DNA of 49,903 bases from an uncultured bacterium (GTDB taxonomy: Bacteria > UBP15 > UBA6099 > JAJRTR01), in NCBI GenBank assembly GCA_964595945.1, contig CAZQSL010000009.1, positions 1 to 49,903 of the forward strand. Reading direction: 5' to 3'. Below are positions 1 to 11,232 of this stretch, one piece after another (the stretch's first letter is position 1; the number at the start of each line of letters is the position of its first letter). Position numbers and translations under genes: made by a program. Below the pieces are notes generated by a model. The model saw nothing but the letters and a program-made list of their open reading frames with translations, did no database searches and had not been told where the DNA came from.

Positions 1-1
1 G

Positions 2-1909
2 ACCATTCCGTTTTTCATCGGCCTTCACTCCGGTCTGGCATACGGCATTTTCTTTGATACGCCGTGGAAATCGTTTTTCGATCTCGGAGTGGCTGACAAA
101 GGCAGTTATGTATTTGGTGCAGAGGGCGGCGATATGAATTACTACATTGTCGCAGGCCCTGAAATGACCGACATCGTCACGCGATATTGCGATCTCACTG
201 GGCGCATGACAATGCCCCCACTCTGGACGCTTGGTTATCACCAGTCGCGCTGGAGCTACAAGACAGAGGAGAAAGTCCGCAAGCTCGCCGCGAGATTTCG
301 CGAGTATGATATCCCGCTCGACTGTATTCATCTCGATATCCACTATATGGATCAGTATAAAGTCTTTACGTGGGACCCAGAGCGTTTTCCCGCGCCGAAA
401 CAACTTGCCGACGATCTTCGCGCCGATGGCGTGCGTCTCGTTCCTATCCTTGACCCGGGCATCAAGACCGATCCTTCTTACGACGTTTTCCGTGAATGTA
501 TTGAAAATGATTATTTCATGCGACGCACCAATGGCAAAATCTTCTGGGGCATAGTGTGGCCAGGCAAGACGTTTTTCCCTGATTTTGCCCGTAAGGAAGT
601 CCGTGACTGGTGGGCCGGACACATCGCCGAATTCATGAAATACAACCAGGGCGGTCTGTGGCTCGACATGAATGACCCGTCGATCAATATCAAACCCCAT
701 CTCTACAAGATTTCCACTGATGATGTCGTGCAGGAAGAACCCGAAGGTGCGGTCCCTCACCTCAAGCTCCACAACGTCTATGGACATCTCGAAAATATCG
801 CCACCCATGAAGGCATGCTCCGCGCGCGCCCCGACGAACGCCCGTACATCGTGACGCGTTCGGCATACGCTGGCATCCAGAAATGGTCGACCATCTGGAC
901 TGGCGACAACTCTTCCACCTGGGAATGCCTTCAGGTCAGTATAGCCGAAATATGCAGTCTCGGTCTTTCCGGCGTTTCTTTTGTCGGTGCCGACATCGGC
1001 GGATTCACGCGCAACTGCACGCCTGAACTTTATGCCCGGTGGATACAGCTTGGCTGTTTCTATCCCTTCACGCGTACTCACACGATGTTGTGCAGCCGTC
1101 AGCAGCAGCCGTGGTCATTTGGCGCCAGGGTAACCGATATCGCCCGCGAATACATCAAACTTCGCTACCGGCTTATTCCCTACATTTACAATTCGTTCTA
1201 TGAAAGCACGCAATCCGGATTGCCTGTCATGCGTCCGCTTGTCCTCGAATGGCAGCATGACGACAAATGCGCTGTGCTCGAAGACCAGTTCCTCTTCGGG
1301 CCCTCTTTTATGATCGCACCCGTAGTAGTCAAAGGGCAGCGGGAAAAAGATGTCTATTTCCCTGCTGGCGAATGGATCGATTTCCGCACTGGAGAACGCA
1401 TTGCCGGACCGACAACCCGAAAAGTCGAAGCGCCACTTGACTTCATGCCCATATATGTCCGCTCCGGTCACATCATACCCATGTGGCCCGTAATGAAACA
1501 CACTGGCGAAAAAACGCCTGATCCGCTCATCCTCAACATCTACGCAGGAGCGCCAGCCTCGCTCGAACTTTACGAGGATGACGGCATTACATATCCTGTC
1601 GGGGGGCAAGCATCACTTACCGCCTTCACATACGAAGAAAACGCCGATGGTTTTGAATTTGCCGCAGGACCACGCGAAGCCGCTGGCGACAGAATCTACA
1701 GCCCCGCACGTAACAATATCAAGATCGTCATCAAAGGCGCCAAAATACCAACGTCGATCAAGATGGGAGCAAAAGCTGTCAAGAAAGCCCTCGCACCCGC
1801 CACTCAGGACAATCCCCTCGACGGCTGGCACTTTGATATATCTTCAGCAACTCTTACAATCGGCGCACCTGACAACGCGGCTGGTTTCAGGATAACGGTT
1901 GCCTACTGA
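2..1909 (+). CDS. Glycoside hydrolase family 31 alpha-glucosidase, 5'-truncated at the window edge
   Basis: The reading frame is open from nt 2. Motifs WTLGYHQSRWSY, DxIHLDIHYMD, FTWD and the nucleophile region GGLWLDMNDPS are typical of GH31. Confidence 0.85.
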   Translation, partial: TIPFFIGLHSGLAYGIFFDTPWKSFFDLGVADKGSYVFGAEGGDMNYYIVAGPEMTDIVTRYCDLTGRMTMPPLWTLGYHQSRWSYKTEEKVRKLAARFREYDIPLDCIHLDIHYMDQYKVFTWDPERFPAPKQLADDLRADGVRLVPILDPGIKTDPSYDVFRECIENDYFMRRTNGKIFWGIVWPGKTFFPDFARKEVRDWWAGHIAEFMKYNQGGLWLDMNDPSINIKPHLYKISTDDVVQEEPEGAVPHLKLHNVYGHLENIATHEGMLRARPDERPYIVTRSAYAGIQKWSTIWTGDNSSTWECLQVSIAEICSLGLSGVSFVGADIGGFTRNCTPELYARWIQLGCFYPFTRTHTMLCSRQQQPWSFGARVTDIAREYIKLRYRLIPYIYNSFYESTQSGLPVMRPLVLEWQHDDKCAVLEDQFLFGPSFMIAPVVVKGQREKDVYFPAGEWIDFRTGERIAGPTTRKVEAPLDFMPIYVRSGHIIPMWPVMKHTGEKTPDPLILNIYAGAPASLELYEDDGITYPVGGQASLTAFTYEENADGFEFAAGPREAAGDRIYSPARNNIKIVIKGAKIPTSIKMGAKAVKKALAPATQDNPLDGWHFDISSATLTIGAPDNAAGFRITVAY

Positions 1910-2038
1910 CAACAATGATATGAGTTCGGGGGACGCCTCGTTATTTGGCGTCCCTTTCCCTTATTCATCATCCAATTGCCGTCGGAGGCAGTCGATCGTT
2001 TATCACCATAAGGCCAAAATGATGGGAGACTTGTCTGG

Positions 2039-2899
2039 ATGAAATTAACGAAAAAACACATCCGTTCACTTGCCCTCGCAATACTTGTCATCGCCCTCGG
2101 CATACCATCATCAGCGGCGTCGAAACCGCCTGTCCCGACACTGCGTCCCAATACCGCCGTCATGCTCGTGGCCCACAGAGGCGTCAAGATGTACACGCCT
2201 GAAAATACCCTGCCAGCCATTCAGAAAGCAATTGATCTCGGATACAGCTATGTCGAACTCGATGTGCGATACTCCTCGGATGGCATTCCATATATCCTTC
2301 ACGACCCTAATCTGATGCGCACCACGGGACGCATGGCCAATGCCACCGGATTGACGATGGAACAACTGAAGAAATATGATGCCGGAGCAACATTCGCAAA
2401 AGAATTCAAGGGTACGCGTATACCGACCCTCGAAGAAGCGCTCCAGGTCATGCATGGCAAAATCAAGCTCTATCTTGACCAGAAAGAACTGCCGAACCGG
2501 GCGCTGATCGATCTGCTCTCCAGGTATGATTTTTATCCTGACAACATCGTGATCGTAGGCAGTGGCGAGTTTCAGCATGGATTCCTCGCACTCGAACCCG
2601 ATGCACCAGCAATGCCGGGGTTGTCTCGAACCGAAGATATCGAAACGGTACTCGCGAGGTTTCCCTCAGCGGTAGCATTCAATACGGATTGCGCCGACGT
2701 AACCCCTGAAATGGTCGATGCCGCCCACTCGCGTGGTGTAATGGTGTTTTCCAACGCCCTCGAAATCAGGGACCCGGAACAAGTACGCTCATGCCTTGCT
2801 AACGCAATCGATTCCGGAGTCGATGCTATCCAGTTCGACCGCTATGACATCGCACGGTCACTTGTCGACGAAATCATACTACACTCAACAAACCGGTAA
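2039..2899 (+). CDS. Glycerophosphodiester phosphodiesterase (GDPD family), secreted or lipoprotein-like
   Basis: N-terminal signal-like hydrophobic segment. GDPD motifs VAHRG, ENT, ELDV, and DG-PYILHD. RBS GGGAG lies upstream of the ATG. Confidence 0.85.
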   Translation: MKLTKKHIRSLALAILVIALGIPSSAASKPPVPTLRPNTAVMLVAHRGVKMYTPENTLPAIQKAIDLGYSYVELDVRYSSDGIPYILHDPNLMRTTGRMANATGLTMEQLKKYDAGATFAKEFKGTRIPTLEEALQVMHGKIKLYLDQKELPNRALIDLLSRYDFYPDNIVIVGSGEFQHGFLALEPDAPAMPGLSRTEDIETVLARFPSAVAFNTDCADVTPEMVDAAHSRGVMVFSNALEIRDPEQVRSCLANAIDSGVDAIQFDRYDIARSLVDEIILHSTNR

Positions 2900-3219
2900 T
2901 GATGTCTCTTAACCATTTTAGCTTATTGTGAAACAATATTGCATCTTGTTGCTTGTCGCACGTTTTTCGTTTTGCTTGCCAAATTGCATACTTCGTGTAT
3001 TGTCCTTTTCAAGCGTCAGGATTTCGGACAAATATCCAGAGCACTATGCTATCACCCCGAATTCTGCAATGGTATTCGGGAGCAGTACAATGTTCGCCAC
3101 TCATGTTGTCATGGCAGAATGATGTGTCGGAACTAATGATTTCTGCGCGGCATTTCAAATTGTCGGGGCAGTTACGCATCCGGTTTTGTGACGAACAGGT
3201 ATGGATATCTACGCTTGAT

Positions 3220-6200
3220 CTACGTGAGACGTGCTTCAGCGAAAGACATGTATTTCAAAAATTCGTCGATAAGCATGTCGGACGGCAGTCCACGGTGGGT
3301 GACTCTGGTACGATCCTGCATGTGATCCACTTCGAGCATTACGTTGGCTGGATATCCAGTGGATGAAAACCGCACACGTGAATCGTCGTCAGCAAACAGG
3401 ATATCCGTGTATTCGAGTTTGGGCATTGTTCTGATTTTGTTGATCCCGAAACTCACGGCGCGTGCCGAAATCTTCTGGCACTTGAACAGGCGCAGGAGCT
3501 GGGGGGGGAGTTCTCCGTAACGGTCACGCATTTCCGTGGCGATATCGTCTACATAGTCGTCATTTGTGCAAGCGGTGATGCGTTTGTAAAATGCCGTGCG
3601 GCGCGGAAGGTCTTCGATATAGTCGTCAGGGATATAAGCATCGGCGGCAAAGTCGATTTCGGCATTTTCCCTGATCCTAACGGGTTCGCCCTTGAACTGG
3701 CTGACTGTCTCGGCAAGCATCTGGCAATATAGATGAAATCCGACTTCAGCGATACAGCCGTGCTGTTCGGCTCCGAGTATGTTGCCGGCGCCCCGGATTT
3801 CGAGGTCTTTCATGGCGAGTTTGTAGCCCGAGCCGAGATCGGCGAAGTCTCTGATCGCAAAGAGCCGTTTCCGGGCTTTTTCAGTCAGTGATTCCATTGG
3901 GGCATGGAAAAAATAAGCGTATGCCTGGCGATATGAGCGGCCTACTCTTCCCCTGAGCTGGTAGAGCTGCGAAAGTCCGAAGTTTTCGGCATTGTTGACG
4001 ACAAGCGTGTTGACATTGGGTATGTCAATGCCATTTTCGATGATGGTGGTGCTGATGAGTATGTCGTAGTGATGCTCGGTGAAGTCGATCATTACCCTTT
4101 CAATTTCAGTTTCGGGCATTTGGCCGTGGCAAATAGCGATGCGGGCATGAGGGAATGTATTGAATAGAAAAATCCTGATATTTTCGAGTGACGCGATGTC
4201 ATTGTGGACAAAAAAAACTTGGCCTCTTCGAGACAATTCACGTTCGATGGCAAGATAAAGGGTGTGCGTATTCCATGCTTCGACGAAAGTGCGTACAGAG
4301 CGCCGGTCTTCCGGAGGTGTTTCGATCAGGCTCATGTCCCTGATGCCGGCCATTGCCATATTGAGTGTGCGCGGGATGGGAGTAGCCGTCAGAGTCAGCA
4401 CGTCGATATTGGTTTTCAGCATCTTCATAGCTTCCTTGTGTTTGACGCCGAATCGTTGTTCTTCGTCGACGATCAGCAACCCGAGCTGCTTGAAAACCAC
4501 ATCTTTCGACAGCAGCCGGTGCGTGCCGACAATGATGTCGAGATCGCCTGACGCGAGACGTTTGAGCGTGACGTTTTGCTCCTTGCGCGACCTGAATCTC
4601 GACACTACATCCACCGTGACCGGAAATCGGGCGAGACGTTCGGAAAAAGTCCTGTAGTGTTGGTGAGCAAGTACAGTTGTCGGGCATAGAATAGCGATCT
4701 GCTTATGGTCGAGCGCTGCCTTGAAGGCTGCACGTATCGCAACCTCTGTCTTGCCATATCCGACATCGCCGAAGACAAGTCTGTCCATCGGCTTCTCGCC
4801 TTCCATATCCGACTCGACATCGCGTATGGCATGGAGTTGATCCTCTGTTTCAGTGTACTGAAAGGAATCATAGAGTTCCTGCAGGAATACATTGCCGGAG
4901 GAAAACTGGAAGCCCCTGGCTTCGGCGCGTTCCTGATAGAGCAGGAGGAGTTTCGATGCGAGTTCTTCCACCTTTTTGCGAACACGCTGTTTGACACGGT
5001 TCCACTGTCCGGAGTGGAGGGGATATATGCGAGGCAGCGTACCTTCGCCACCGATGTATTTTTCTATGCGGTTCATCTGGTCGACAGGTACGAGCAGTGC
5101 ATCGCCGCGCCCGTATTTGATCTGGAAAAAATCCTTTTCGCAACCGTCAGCCGAATGCCGGCGGACAATGCCTTCATAGATGCCAACCCCATGGTCGGCA
5201 TGTACGACATACTCCCCCTGTGAGATATCTTCAGGCACGAGGATCGGCGCGCGATCCCGGCGGTCGCCAGCCGGTTTCCTGCGTTCGGGGGGACGGCTGA
5301 ACATCTCGGAGTCGGTGTATATCGCAAGCGGAATGTCACTGATGCTCACGCCACCTGTCATGTCGCCTTCAAATGATCTCACTCCGAAGATTTCCTGCTC
5401 TTCGAGAAAGCTGTCGAGCCGTTTGCGATATCGCGAGATGACGACGACTTCGCCTTTTGCGCAATCCGCACGCAGCTTTTCTGCAATTGCGTCGAGGCTC
5501 AGCGGCAGTGGAGGCAGCATGCTGGCCGGCAGGGAAACGGATTCGTCGGCATCATCCGGATTGTCGTGACTTATGAATGAGACTGTACGTACGGTTGTGT
5601 CCGGTGCTTCCGAGTAAATCATTTCCATGATTTTGTCTGGAGAAGGGAACTCGTTTTTCTGTAGCCATTCGAGCGTTTCGTTGCGGGATTTCACGAATTC
5701 ACCGGCACAGTATTCTGGGTCGACAGCTATCAGTGTTTTGAATATACCCGACGAAAGGATTGTGCTGTCAGCGCCGAACATTTGTGGATAGAGAATGCCG
5801 CCGTCAAACGATATCCCCTGCTCGGCAAGTGTACGGTGATCGTCCCGTAGCACTGACATGTCGCCTGCCGGCGCGCCCGAAACCGCCTCGAAGCATGGTG
5901 CGATGGTGATGTCCTTGACACGCCGGCTCGAACGTTGCGATTCGGGATCGAACACCCTCATTTCGTCGATGAGATTACCCGCGAATTCGACACGAACCGG
6001 GAAACTTGCCTGCGCCGGAAAAACATCTATCACGCCACCACGCACACAGAAGGAGCCTTCGTCTTCGACCGTCTTCAGACGCTGGTAGCCTGCGGCGGCA
6101 AGATGATCGATGAACTGCTTGACCGTGACGGGCGCATGCTCGTGAAACCGCCGGGCCACTTCAAGATAATCGGTGCGTGACATCGTGCGGCGCGCGACTG

Positions 6201-6597
6201 CGCCGGGTGTGGCAAGCACGAGCGGTATGGGAACTGCCGGTTGCCACGAATATACGGCAGACAAAGCGGACAGTCTGCGGCGACGGCGATCACGCATCGC
6301 CGGTGGCAGGTCTGATTCGTACAGATCGTAGTCAGGGAAGTTGAATATTTCGATTTTCGAACCAAGATTTTCGAGTCCAACAAGCCAGTTGAGCTCACGT
6401 TCGAAAAGTGCCACTCGATCATCGTCATGCAGCACAACTATGAGCGGCTCATGAGTTTCGAGCGCATACGCGAGCGTCATGAGATGGAGTGCAAGTCCCT
6501 GAACCCGATAGAATTTCAGCGGAATCTGCGAGCCTGTGGCGGTGAAGACCGCGTCGCTGAGACCCTGGCTATTTTTGATGATATCGATGAGAGGCAT
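3220..6597 (-). CDS. mfd: Transcription-repair coupling factor Mfd
   Basis: UvrB-homology N-domain, CarD-like domain, DEAD/helicase motifs (GDVGYGKTEVA, DEEQRFG, LTATPIPRT) and the TRCF C-domain. The ATG at 6597 fits the Mfd N-terminal alignment better than the upstream GTG at 6648. Confidence 0.88.
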   Translation of the reverse strand: MPLIDIIKNSQGLSDAVFTATGSQIPLKFYRVQGLALHLMTLAYALETHEPLIVVLHDDDRVALFERELNWLVGLENLGSKIEIFNFPDYDLYESDLPPAMRDRRRRRLSALSAVYSWQPAVPIPLVLATPGAVARRTMSRTDYLEVARRFHEHAPVTVKQFIDHLAAAGYQRLKTVEDEGSFCVRGGVIDVFPAQASFPVRVEFAGNLIDEMRVFDPESQRSSRRVKDITIAPCFEAVSGAPAGDMSVLRDDHRTLAEQGISFDGGILYPQMFGADSTILSSGIFKTLIAVDPEYCAGEFVKSRNETLEWLQKNEFPSPDKIMEMIYSEAPDTTVRTVSFISHDNPDDADESVSLPASMLPPLPLSLDAIAEKLRADCAKGEVVVISRYRKRLDSFLEEQEIFGVRSFEGDMTGGVSISDIPLAIYTDSEMFSRPPERRKPAGDRRDRAPILVPEDISQGEYVVHADHGVGIYEGIVRRHSADGCEKDFFQIKYGRGDALLVPVDQMNRIEKYIGGEGTLPRIYPLHSGQWNRVKQRVRKKVEELASKLLLLYQERAEARGFQFSSGNVFLQELYDSFQYTETEDQLHAIRDVESDMEGEKPMDRLVFGDVGYGKTEVAIRAAFKAALDHKQIAILCPTTVLAHQHYRTFSERLARFPVTVDVVSRFRSRKEQNVTLKRLASGDLDIIVGTHRLLSKDVVFKQLGLLIVDEEQRFGVKHKEAMKMLKTNIDVLTLTATPIPRTLNMAMAGIRDMSLIETPPEDRRSVRTFVEAWNTHTLYLAIERELSRRGQVFFVHNDIASLENIRIFLFNTFPHARIAICHGQMPETEIERVMIDFTEHHYDILISTTIIENGIDIPNVNTLVVNNAENFGLSQLYQLRGRVGRSYRQAYAYFFHAPMESLTEKARKRLFAIRDFADLGSGYKLAMKDLEIRGAGNILGAEQHGCIAEVGFHLYCQMLAETVSQFKGEPVRIRENAEIDFAADAYIPDDYIEDLPRRTAFYKRITACTNDDYVDDIATEMRDRYGELPPQLLRLFKCQKISARAVSFGINKIRTMPKLEYTDILFADDDSRVRFSSTGYPANVMLEVDHMQDRTRVTHRGLPSDMLIDEFLKYMSFAEARLT

Positions 6598-6987
6598 TGC
6601 AGTATCTCGGAGTCTTGCAGAAAGAACACCCGCCGCGAGTGGCGGCACTCATTCTGAGAAATTGAATTTGCCGTCCTATTGCGCGCGGCACTCTGTGAGA
6701 CCGGGCAACTGTTCTATCCGAACGGTGATTTTTCGGCGCATGGCCGAAGTGACAATTGTAGTTTGCATCAAGACTTTATCGCACGAAAGCGAGAGTTTTT
6801 CAACTGTTTGGTGTTATCTGCCACATTGGCATCACAAGGAAAAGCCATTGCTGGCAATCCAGCTCCGATGTATTCCCGCTTGTAGGTCGTACCGCAACTG
6901 TCGTATGCCTGTGGAGTTTTCGACCGAGACGCAAATGGCCGGGTTGTAACCCCGGCCATCAAATGTCATTTGATCATGTTACAAGCT

Positions 6988-8649
6988 TCATGCGACAGGC
7001 GGGACTTTGAGATCGCCGAAGCATGATGCGTCGAAGTCGGGGAACAGCCGGTTGCGAGCCATGCAGTCGCCGAGGAATATCCACTCGTTTTCGGGGACGG
7101 TGCGGCCTTCGCCGTAGTCACGTGCCATCTGGCAGAGACGTTTGAAATCGGAGAAGTGCTGGCCGACTCGGCGCTCGGCATGATCGCGCGTACTCCAGTT
7201 GGTAATCATGAATTTCCAGTCGGAGGCAGTGAGGACGAGGAATTCGCGGCATGCCTGCTGGATGATTTTTCTCAGTTCGGCATCGGCGTTTGTCCAGAAG
7301 TCGCGGCAGAGATAGCGTATTTCGCGTTCGGCCTCGTACTCGCGGTCGAGTACCCATGCGACTTCTTCGTTGATCCATGTGGAGGAGTCGTAGTTGGCGC
7401 CCCATGATGATTCGGGCAGGTAGACATCGCCACGCGTGGGCATGCGTTCGAGGTATTCCGAGCATGTTTCACTGCGGATTTCGGGATCGCTGTTTACCCA
7501 TTTGATGAGGTGGTAGATGAATTCGGGACCTTCGAACCACCAGTGGCCGTAGAGTTCGGTGTCATAGGCGGTCATAGCCATTGCGGCGGTGCCTGTCTGC
7601 TCGAAATGGGTTTTGAGGCTGCTTGCAATCAGCGATTTATAGTGGCCGGCGTGTTCGAGGAGTTTTCGATTGAATGCGTCATCGGGGTGATAGTATTCCT
7701 TGTAGGCCATGTCGGCCTTGTTGTGCGTGATCTTCCAGTAGCGGTGACGGCCTTCGGAATGACGTTTGTGGAAGTCGAGGTAAACGCCATCGCCCGGGTA
7801 TCCGATTTCGTGGCGCCAGACCTGAAGTGAGAGGGGGACATCGCGAGCGAGGACCGCTACATCGTTTCCGGCTTGCTGAGCGCCCTTTGCGTTGTATGCG
7901 AAAAACGGATCTTTCAGAAAATTGTATGGATAGGCTTTCATGAGCTGATGATTGTCGACGACGAAGTATTTTATGCCGGCTTCGCCGAGAAACTCTTCGA
8001 CGCCTTTTCGCGAATAGGGGATTTCTCCCTTGTGCCTGCCGACTGGGGGGCCCCATTTGCATGCGGGGCGGTATCCGCATTCGGGAAGCCAGATGCCGTT
8101 GGGCTTGCGTCCGAAGTGGATGTTGTGGGCGTGCGATGCGATTGCGACCTGAGCCTGAATGGATGTGTCTTCTGCGCAGGCGGGGAAATATGCGTGGGTT
8201 GCGCCGCATGTCATGATTTCGATCTGTCCGGCGTCCTGAAGTTTGCGGAATGATTCGATGATGTCTTTTTTGTGGACTTCGACGAAACGGCGTTCGGTTT
8301 CGGCGTAGAATCCTGCCCAGCGTTCGGCGAGATACTTCAGGTGGAGTTCGCCACGCGATTCGAATTCCTTCGCGTCGCGTTCGGCAGCCATAACTTTTTC
8401 GCGGCAGTATGTGATGAAGTGCTCTTTGAAGTGGTCGAGCTTGAGCTGTTCGACGAGCACCGGCGACATTGTGAAAGTGATGCCGGGCCGGATGCCTTCG
8501 TTGACGAGGCGCGACATGACATCGAGAAGCGGGATATAAGTTTCCGCCGCAGCTTCGTGCAGCCACTCCTCTTCGAGGCTCTCGTGATACATTACCCAGG
8601 GCAGGTGCGTATGCAGTACGAGCAGGTAGCTTCCATAAAAGTTGGCCAA
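6988..8649 (-). CDS. Glycoside hydrolase family 57 (alpha-1,4-glucan branching enzyme-like, DUF1957 C-terminal)
   Basis: N-terminal LVLHTHLPWV motif and GH57 architecture. TTG start preceded by GGGGAG RBS. Confidence 0.82.
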   Translation of the reverse strand: MANFYGSYLLVLHTHLPWVMYHESLEEEWLHEAAAETYIPLLDVMSRLVNEGIRPGITFTMSPVLVEQLKLDHFKEHFITYCREKVMAAERDAKEFESRGELHLKYLAERWAGFYAETERRFVEVHKKDIIESFRKLQDAGQIEIMTCGATHAYFPACAEDTSIQAQVAIASHAHNIHFGRKPNGIWLPECGYRPACKWGPPVGRHKGEIPYSRKGVEEFLGEAGIKYFVVDNHQLMKAYPYNFLKDPFFAYNAKGAQQAGNDVAVLARDVPLSLQVWRHEIGYPGDGVYLDFHKRHSEGRHRYWKITHNKADMAYKEYYHPDDAFNRKLLEHAGHYKSLIASSLKTHFEQTGTAAMAMTAYDTELYGHWWFEGPEFIYHLIKWVNSDPEIRSETCSEYLERMPTRGDVYLPESSWGANYDSSTWINEEVAWVLDREYEAEREIRYLCRDFWTNADAELRKIIQQACREFLVLTASDWKFMITNWSTRDHAERRVGQHFSDFKRLCQMARDYGEGRTVPENEWIFLGDCMARNRLFPDFDASCFGDLKVPPVA

Positions 8650-8808
8650 GGCTGTTTCTCCCCAATAGTTTTATTGTCTGACTGATTATACCCCACTATT
8701 GCCGCAAGTGTAACATTTGATTGCGATATCACGCGCAGGGCTGTAAATTTTTACATGGCGTATTACAATATAGTTTATATTGTGCAATGCACAGAAGGGG
8801 TTATTCAA

Positions 8809-10824
8809 ATGGATGGTATTTTTAAGGTAGCGTCACCGTTCGAACCAACAGGCGACCAGCCGGAAGCGATTGCGGGAGTTGTCGAAAGTGTCCGAGCCGG
8901 TAACAAGTTCACAACGCTCATCGGTGTCACAGGCTCGGGCAAAACCTACACGATGGCGAAGGTCATCGAACAGCTTCAGCGCCCCGCGCTCATCATCGCT
9001 CACAACAAAACTCTTGCCGCGCAACTCTGCAACGAATACAAAGAGTTCTTTCCGTCCAATCTCGTCGAATTTTTCGTGAGTTATTACGACTACTACCAGC
9101 CCGAAGCCTACATCCCTTACACCAACACATATATCGAAAAAGACGCGACGGTCAATCAGGAACTTGACCGCCTGCGCCACTCGGCCACGCAGGCAGTGCT
9201 GCTGCGCCGCGATGTTGTCGTTGTCGCAAGCGTATCTTCCATCTATGGGCTCGGTTCGCCCGATGACTACGAAAGTGTTTGTCTCAAACTCGATCGCGGC
9301 ATGGAAATCGATCGCGACGAACTCCTCCTGCGCCTCGCCGCCATGCAGTACAACCGCACCGAAGGCCCCCTCGAATGCGGCTTCTTCCGTGTCAGGGGCG
9401 GCACTCTCGAAATCATGCCCTCCGATCGCGTAACCGCTCTTCGCATCGACTTCTTCGGCGACGAAATCGAACGAATCCAGCAAACCGACCCCGCCACCGC
9501 CAACTCCATCGCCGTCTATGATTCCATCATGATTTTTCCCGCAACACACTATGTCCTGATGCCCGACCGCATGGCCGACATCGCGGAAAATATCGACGAA
9601 GAACTCCAGGACCGTTACACCGAACTCATGAACCTCGGGAAGGAAATGGAAGCCAAACGCCTGCTCGAACGCGTGCGCCGCGATGTCGAACTCATCCGCG
9701 AAATGGGGTTTTGCCCCGGAGTCGAAAATTACTCACGCCACTTCGACAATCGTTCCGCAGGCGAAGCCCCCTACACACTCATCGACTACTTTCCCGACGA
9801 CCTCGTCGTCATCATCGACGAATCCCATGTCAGCATCCCGCAGATACGCGCCATGTTCAACGGCGACCATTCACGCAAAAGCAGCCTCGTCGATTTCGGT
9901 TTCCGGCTCCCGTCAGCCTACGACAACCGGCCGCTCTCATTCGACGAATTTATCGACCGCGCTCCGCAGATCATTTTCGTCAGCGCCACACCCGGTCCTT
10001 ACGAATACGCTAACAGCCAGCGTATCGTAGAACAGATCATCCGTCCCACCGGCCTGCTCGACCCGCTCGTCGAAATCAGGCCCATCAAGGGCCAGATGGC
10101 CTCACTGTTAGGAGAAATCAATGCCGTCACCTCCCAAGGCGAACGTGTCCTCGTCACCACACTCACTAAAAAAATGGCCGAAGAACTCACTGAATACCTG
10201 CTCGAAAAAGGCGTGAAGGCCCGCTATATGCACTCCGACATCGAAACGCTCGACCGCATCCAGATCATCTACGACCTGCGCCGCGGCGCCTTCGACGTGC
10301 TCGTAGGCATCAATCTTCTGCGTGAAGGACTCGACATCCCCGAAGTCTCGCTCGTCGCTATCCTCGACGCCGACAAGGAAGGATTTCTGCGCTCCGCGAC
10401 CACGATGATCCAGACAATGGGCCGAGCCGCCCGGAATCTCAATGGCCGCGTCATCCTCTTTGCTGATCGAATCACAAACTCGATGAAAATAGCACTCGAT
10501 GAAACCTCACGACGACGCAGTATCCAGTCCGAACACAACCAGCTCTACGACATCACTCCACGCACTATAATCAAATCCGTACAGGAACGATTCGAAACGT
10601 CCACCTACCGTACAGTCGACAAATACTCCACCGCCGCTGCCGCCGAAGCCGATGTTGCTGTCAGCGGGATTGCCGAAACTTCACTCAAGGTCGCCGAACT
10701 CGAACGCCGTATGTGGGATGCTTCAAACAAACTTGATTTTGAAACCGCCGCTGCCATCCGAGACCAGATCGTGAAACTTTCCGGCGAACCTGCAAAAAAA
10801 CAAACGGGCAGAAACAAAGGATAG
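8809..10824 (+). CDS. uvrB: Excinuclease ABC subunit B
   Basis: TGDQPEAI, Walker A GVTGSGKT, helicase motifs and C-terminal UVR domain. AAGGGG RBS before the ATG at 8809. The ORF-track start at 8755 is an upstream in-frame extension. Confidence 0.9.
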   Translation: MDGIFKVASPFEPTGDQPEAIAGVVESVRAGNKFTTLIGVTGSGKTYTMAKVIEQLQRPALIIAHNKTLAAQLCNEYKEFFPSNLVEFFVSYYDYYQPEAYIPYTNTYIEKDATVNQELDRLRHSATQAVLLRRDVVVVASVSSIYGLGSPDDYESVCLKLDRGMEIDRDELLLRLAAMQYNRTEGPLECGFFRVRGGTLEIMPSDRVTALRIDFFGDEIERIQQTDPATANSIAVYDSIMIFPATHYVLMPDRMADIAENIDEELQDRYTELMNLGKEMEAKRLLERVRRDVELIREMGFCPGVENYSRHFDNRSAGEAPYTLIDYFPDDLVVIIDESHVSIPQIRAMFNGDHSRKSSLVDFGFRLPSAYDNRPLSFDEFIDRAPQIIFVSATPGPYEYANSQRIVEQIIRPTGLLDPLVEIRPIKGQMASLLGEINAVTSQGERVLVTTLTKKMAEELTEYLLEKGVKARYMHSDIETLDRIQIIYDLRRGAFDVLVGINLLREGLDIPEVSLVAILDADKEGFLRSATTMIQTMGRAARNLNGRVILFADRITNSMKIALDETSRRRSIQSEHNQLYDITPRTIIKSVQERFETSTYRTVDKYSTAAAAEADVAVSGIAETSLKVAELERRMWDASNKLDFETAAAIRDQIVKLSGEPAKKQTGRNKG

Positions 10825-11232
10825 GGACAAAATGTGGAATAGGTGGGCGATTGGATTGTTCCTTTGCTCGTGATCCGCTTTTTACGCAGTTATCTCACAA
10901 TCTATCCGTGCTCCCCCCCGGGCTTTGTACAATGCTGCTTTGGTCATCATCATTTATACACAACGCTATGAGTAATTGCGCATGTTATGGCATGATAAGT
11001 AGTCTTACAGGTGTAATACTACTTGTTTATGCGAAAAAAACATATTGCGTTGCGTATAGACATGCGTCTGTATCATCGTTGATCGCGCTACTGCCCGATT
11101 GCGTCGAAATATATACGTGCGGAAATTCTCTCAAGTAGCGTTCCCTGACAAGATCGCGGATACTGTCAGGCCGGTATACCCATGAGTTCTCCCGCGTGAT
11201 ATGATTAACCAATACTGAACTGGAGAACGGTC

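Noticed and set aside
2900-3219. AT-richer 320-bp convergent spacer between the GDPD gene and mfd, as a possible sRNA
   Set aside because: Only weak 6-bp inverted repeats. There is no promoter/terminator pair to support a discrete transcript. It is left unannotated.
7679-8665. 328-aa Arg/Pro-rich minus-strand ORF overlapping the GH57 gene in another frame
   Set aside because: Low-complexity translation (R, P, S, G rich) typical of an off-frame read through GC-rich coding DNA. The GH57 frame has clear family motifs.
8833-9549. 238-aa minus-strand ORF antisense to uvrB, with other antisense/off-frame ORFs inside mfd, the hybrid kinase and pilB
   Set aside because: These lie entirely inside well-supported genes, have Gly/Asp-rich low-complexity products and lack an RBS. 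They are treated as spurious.
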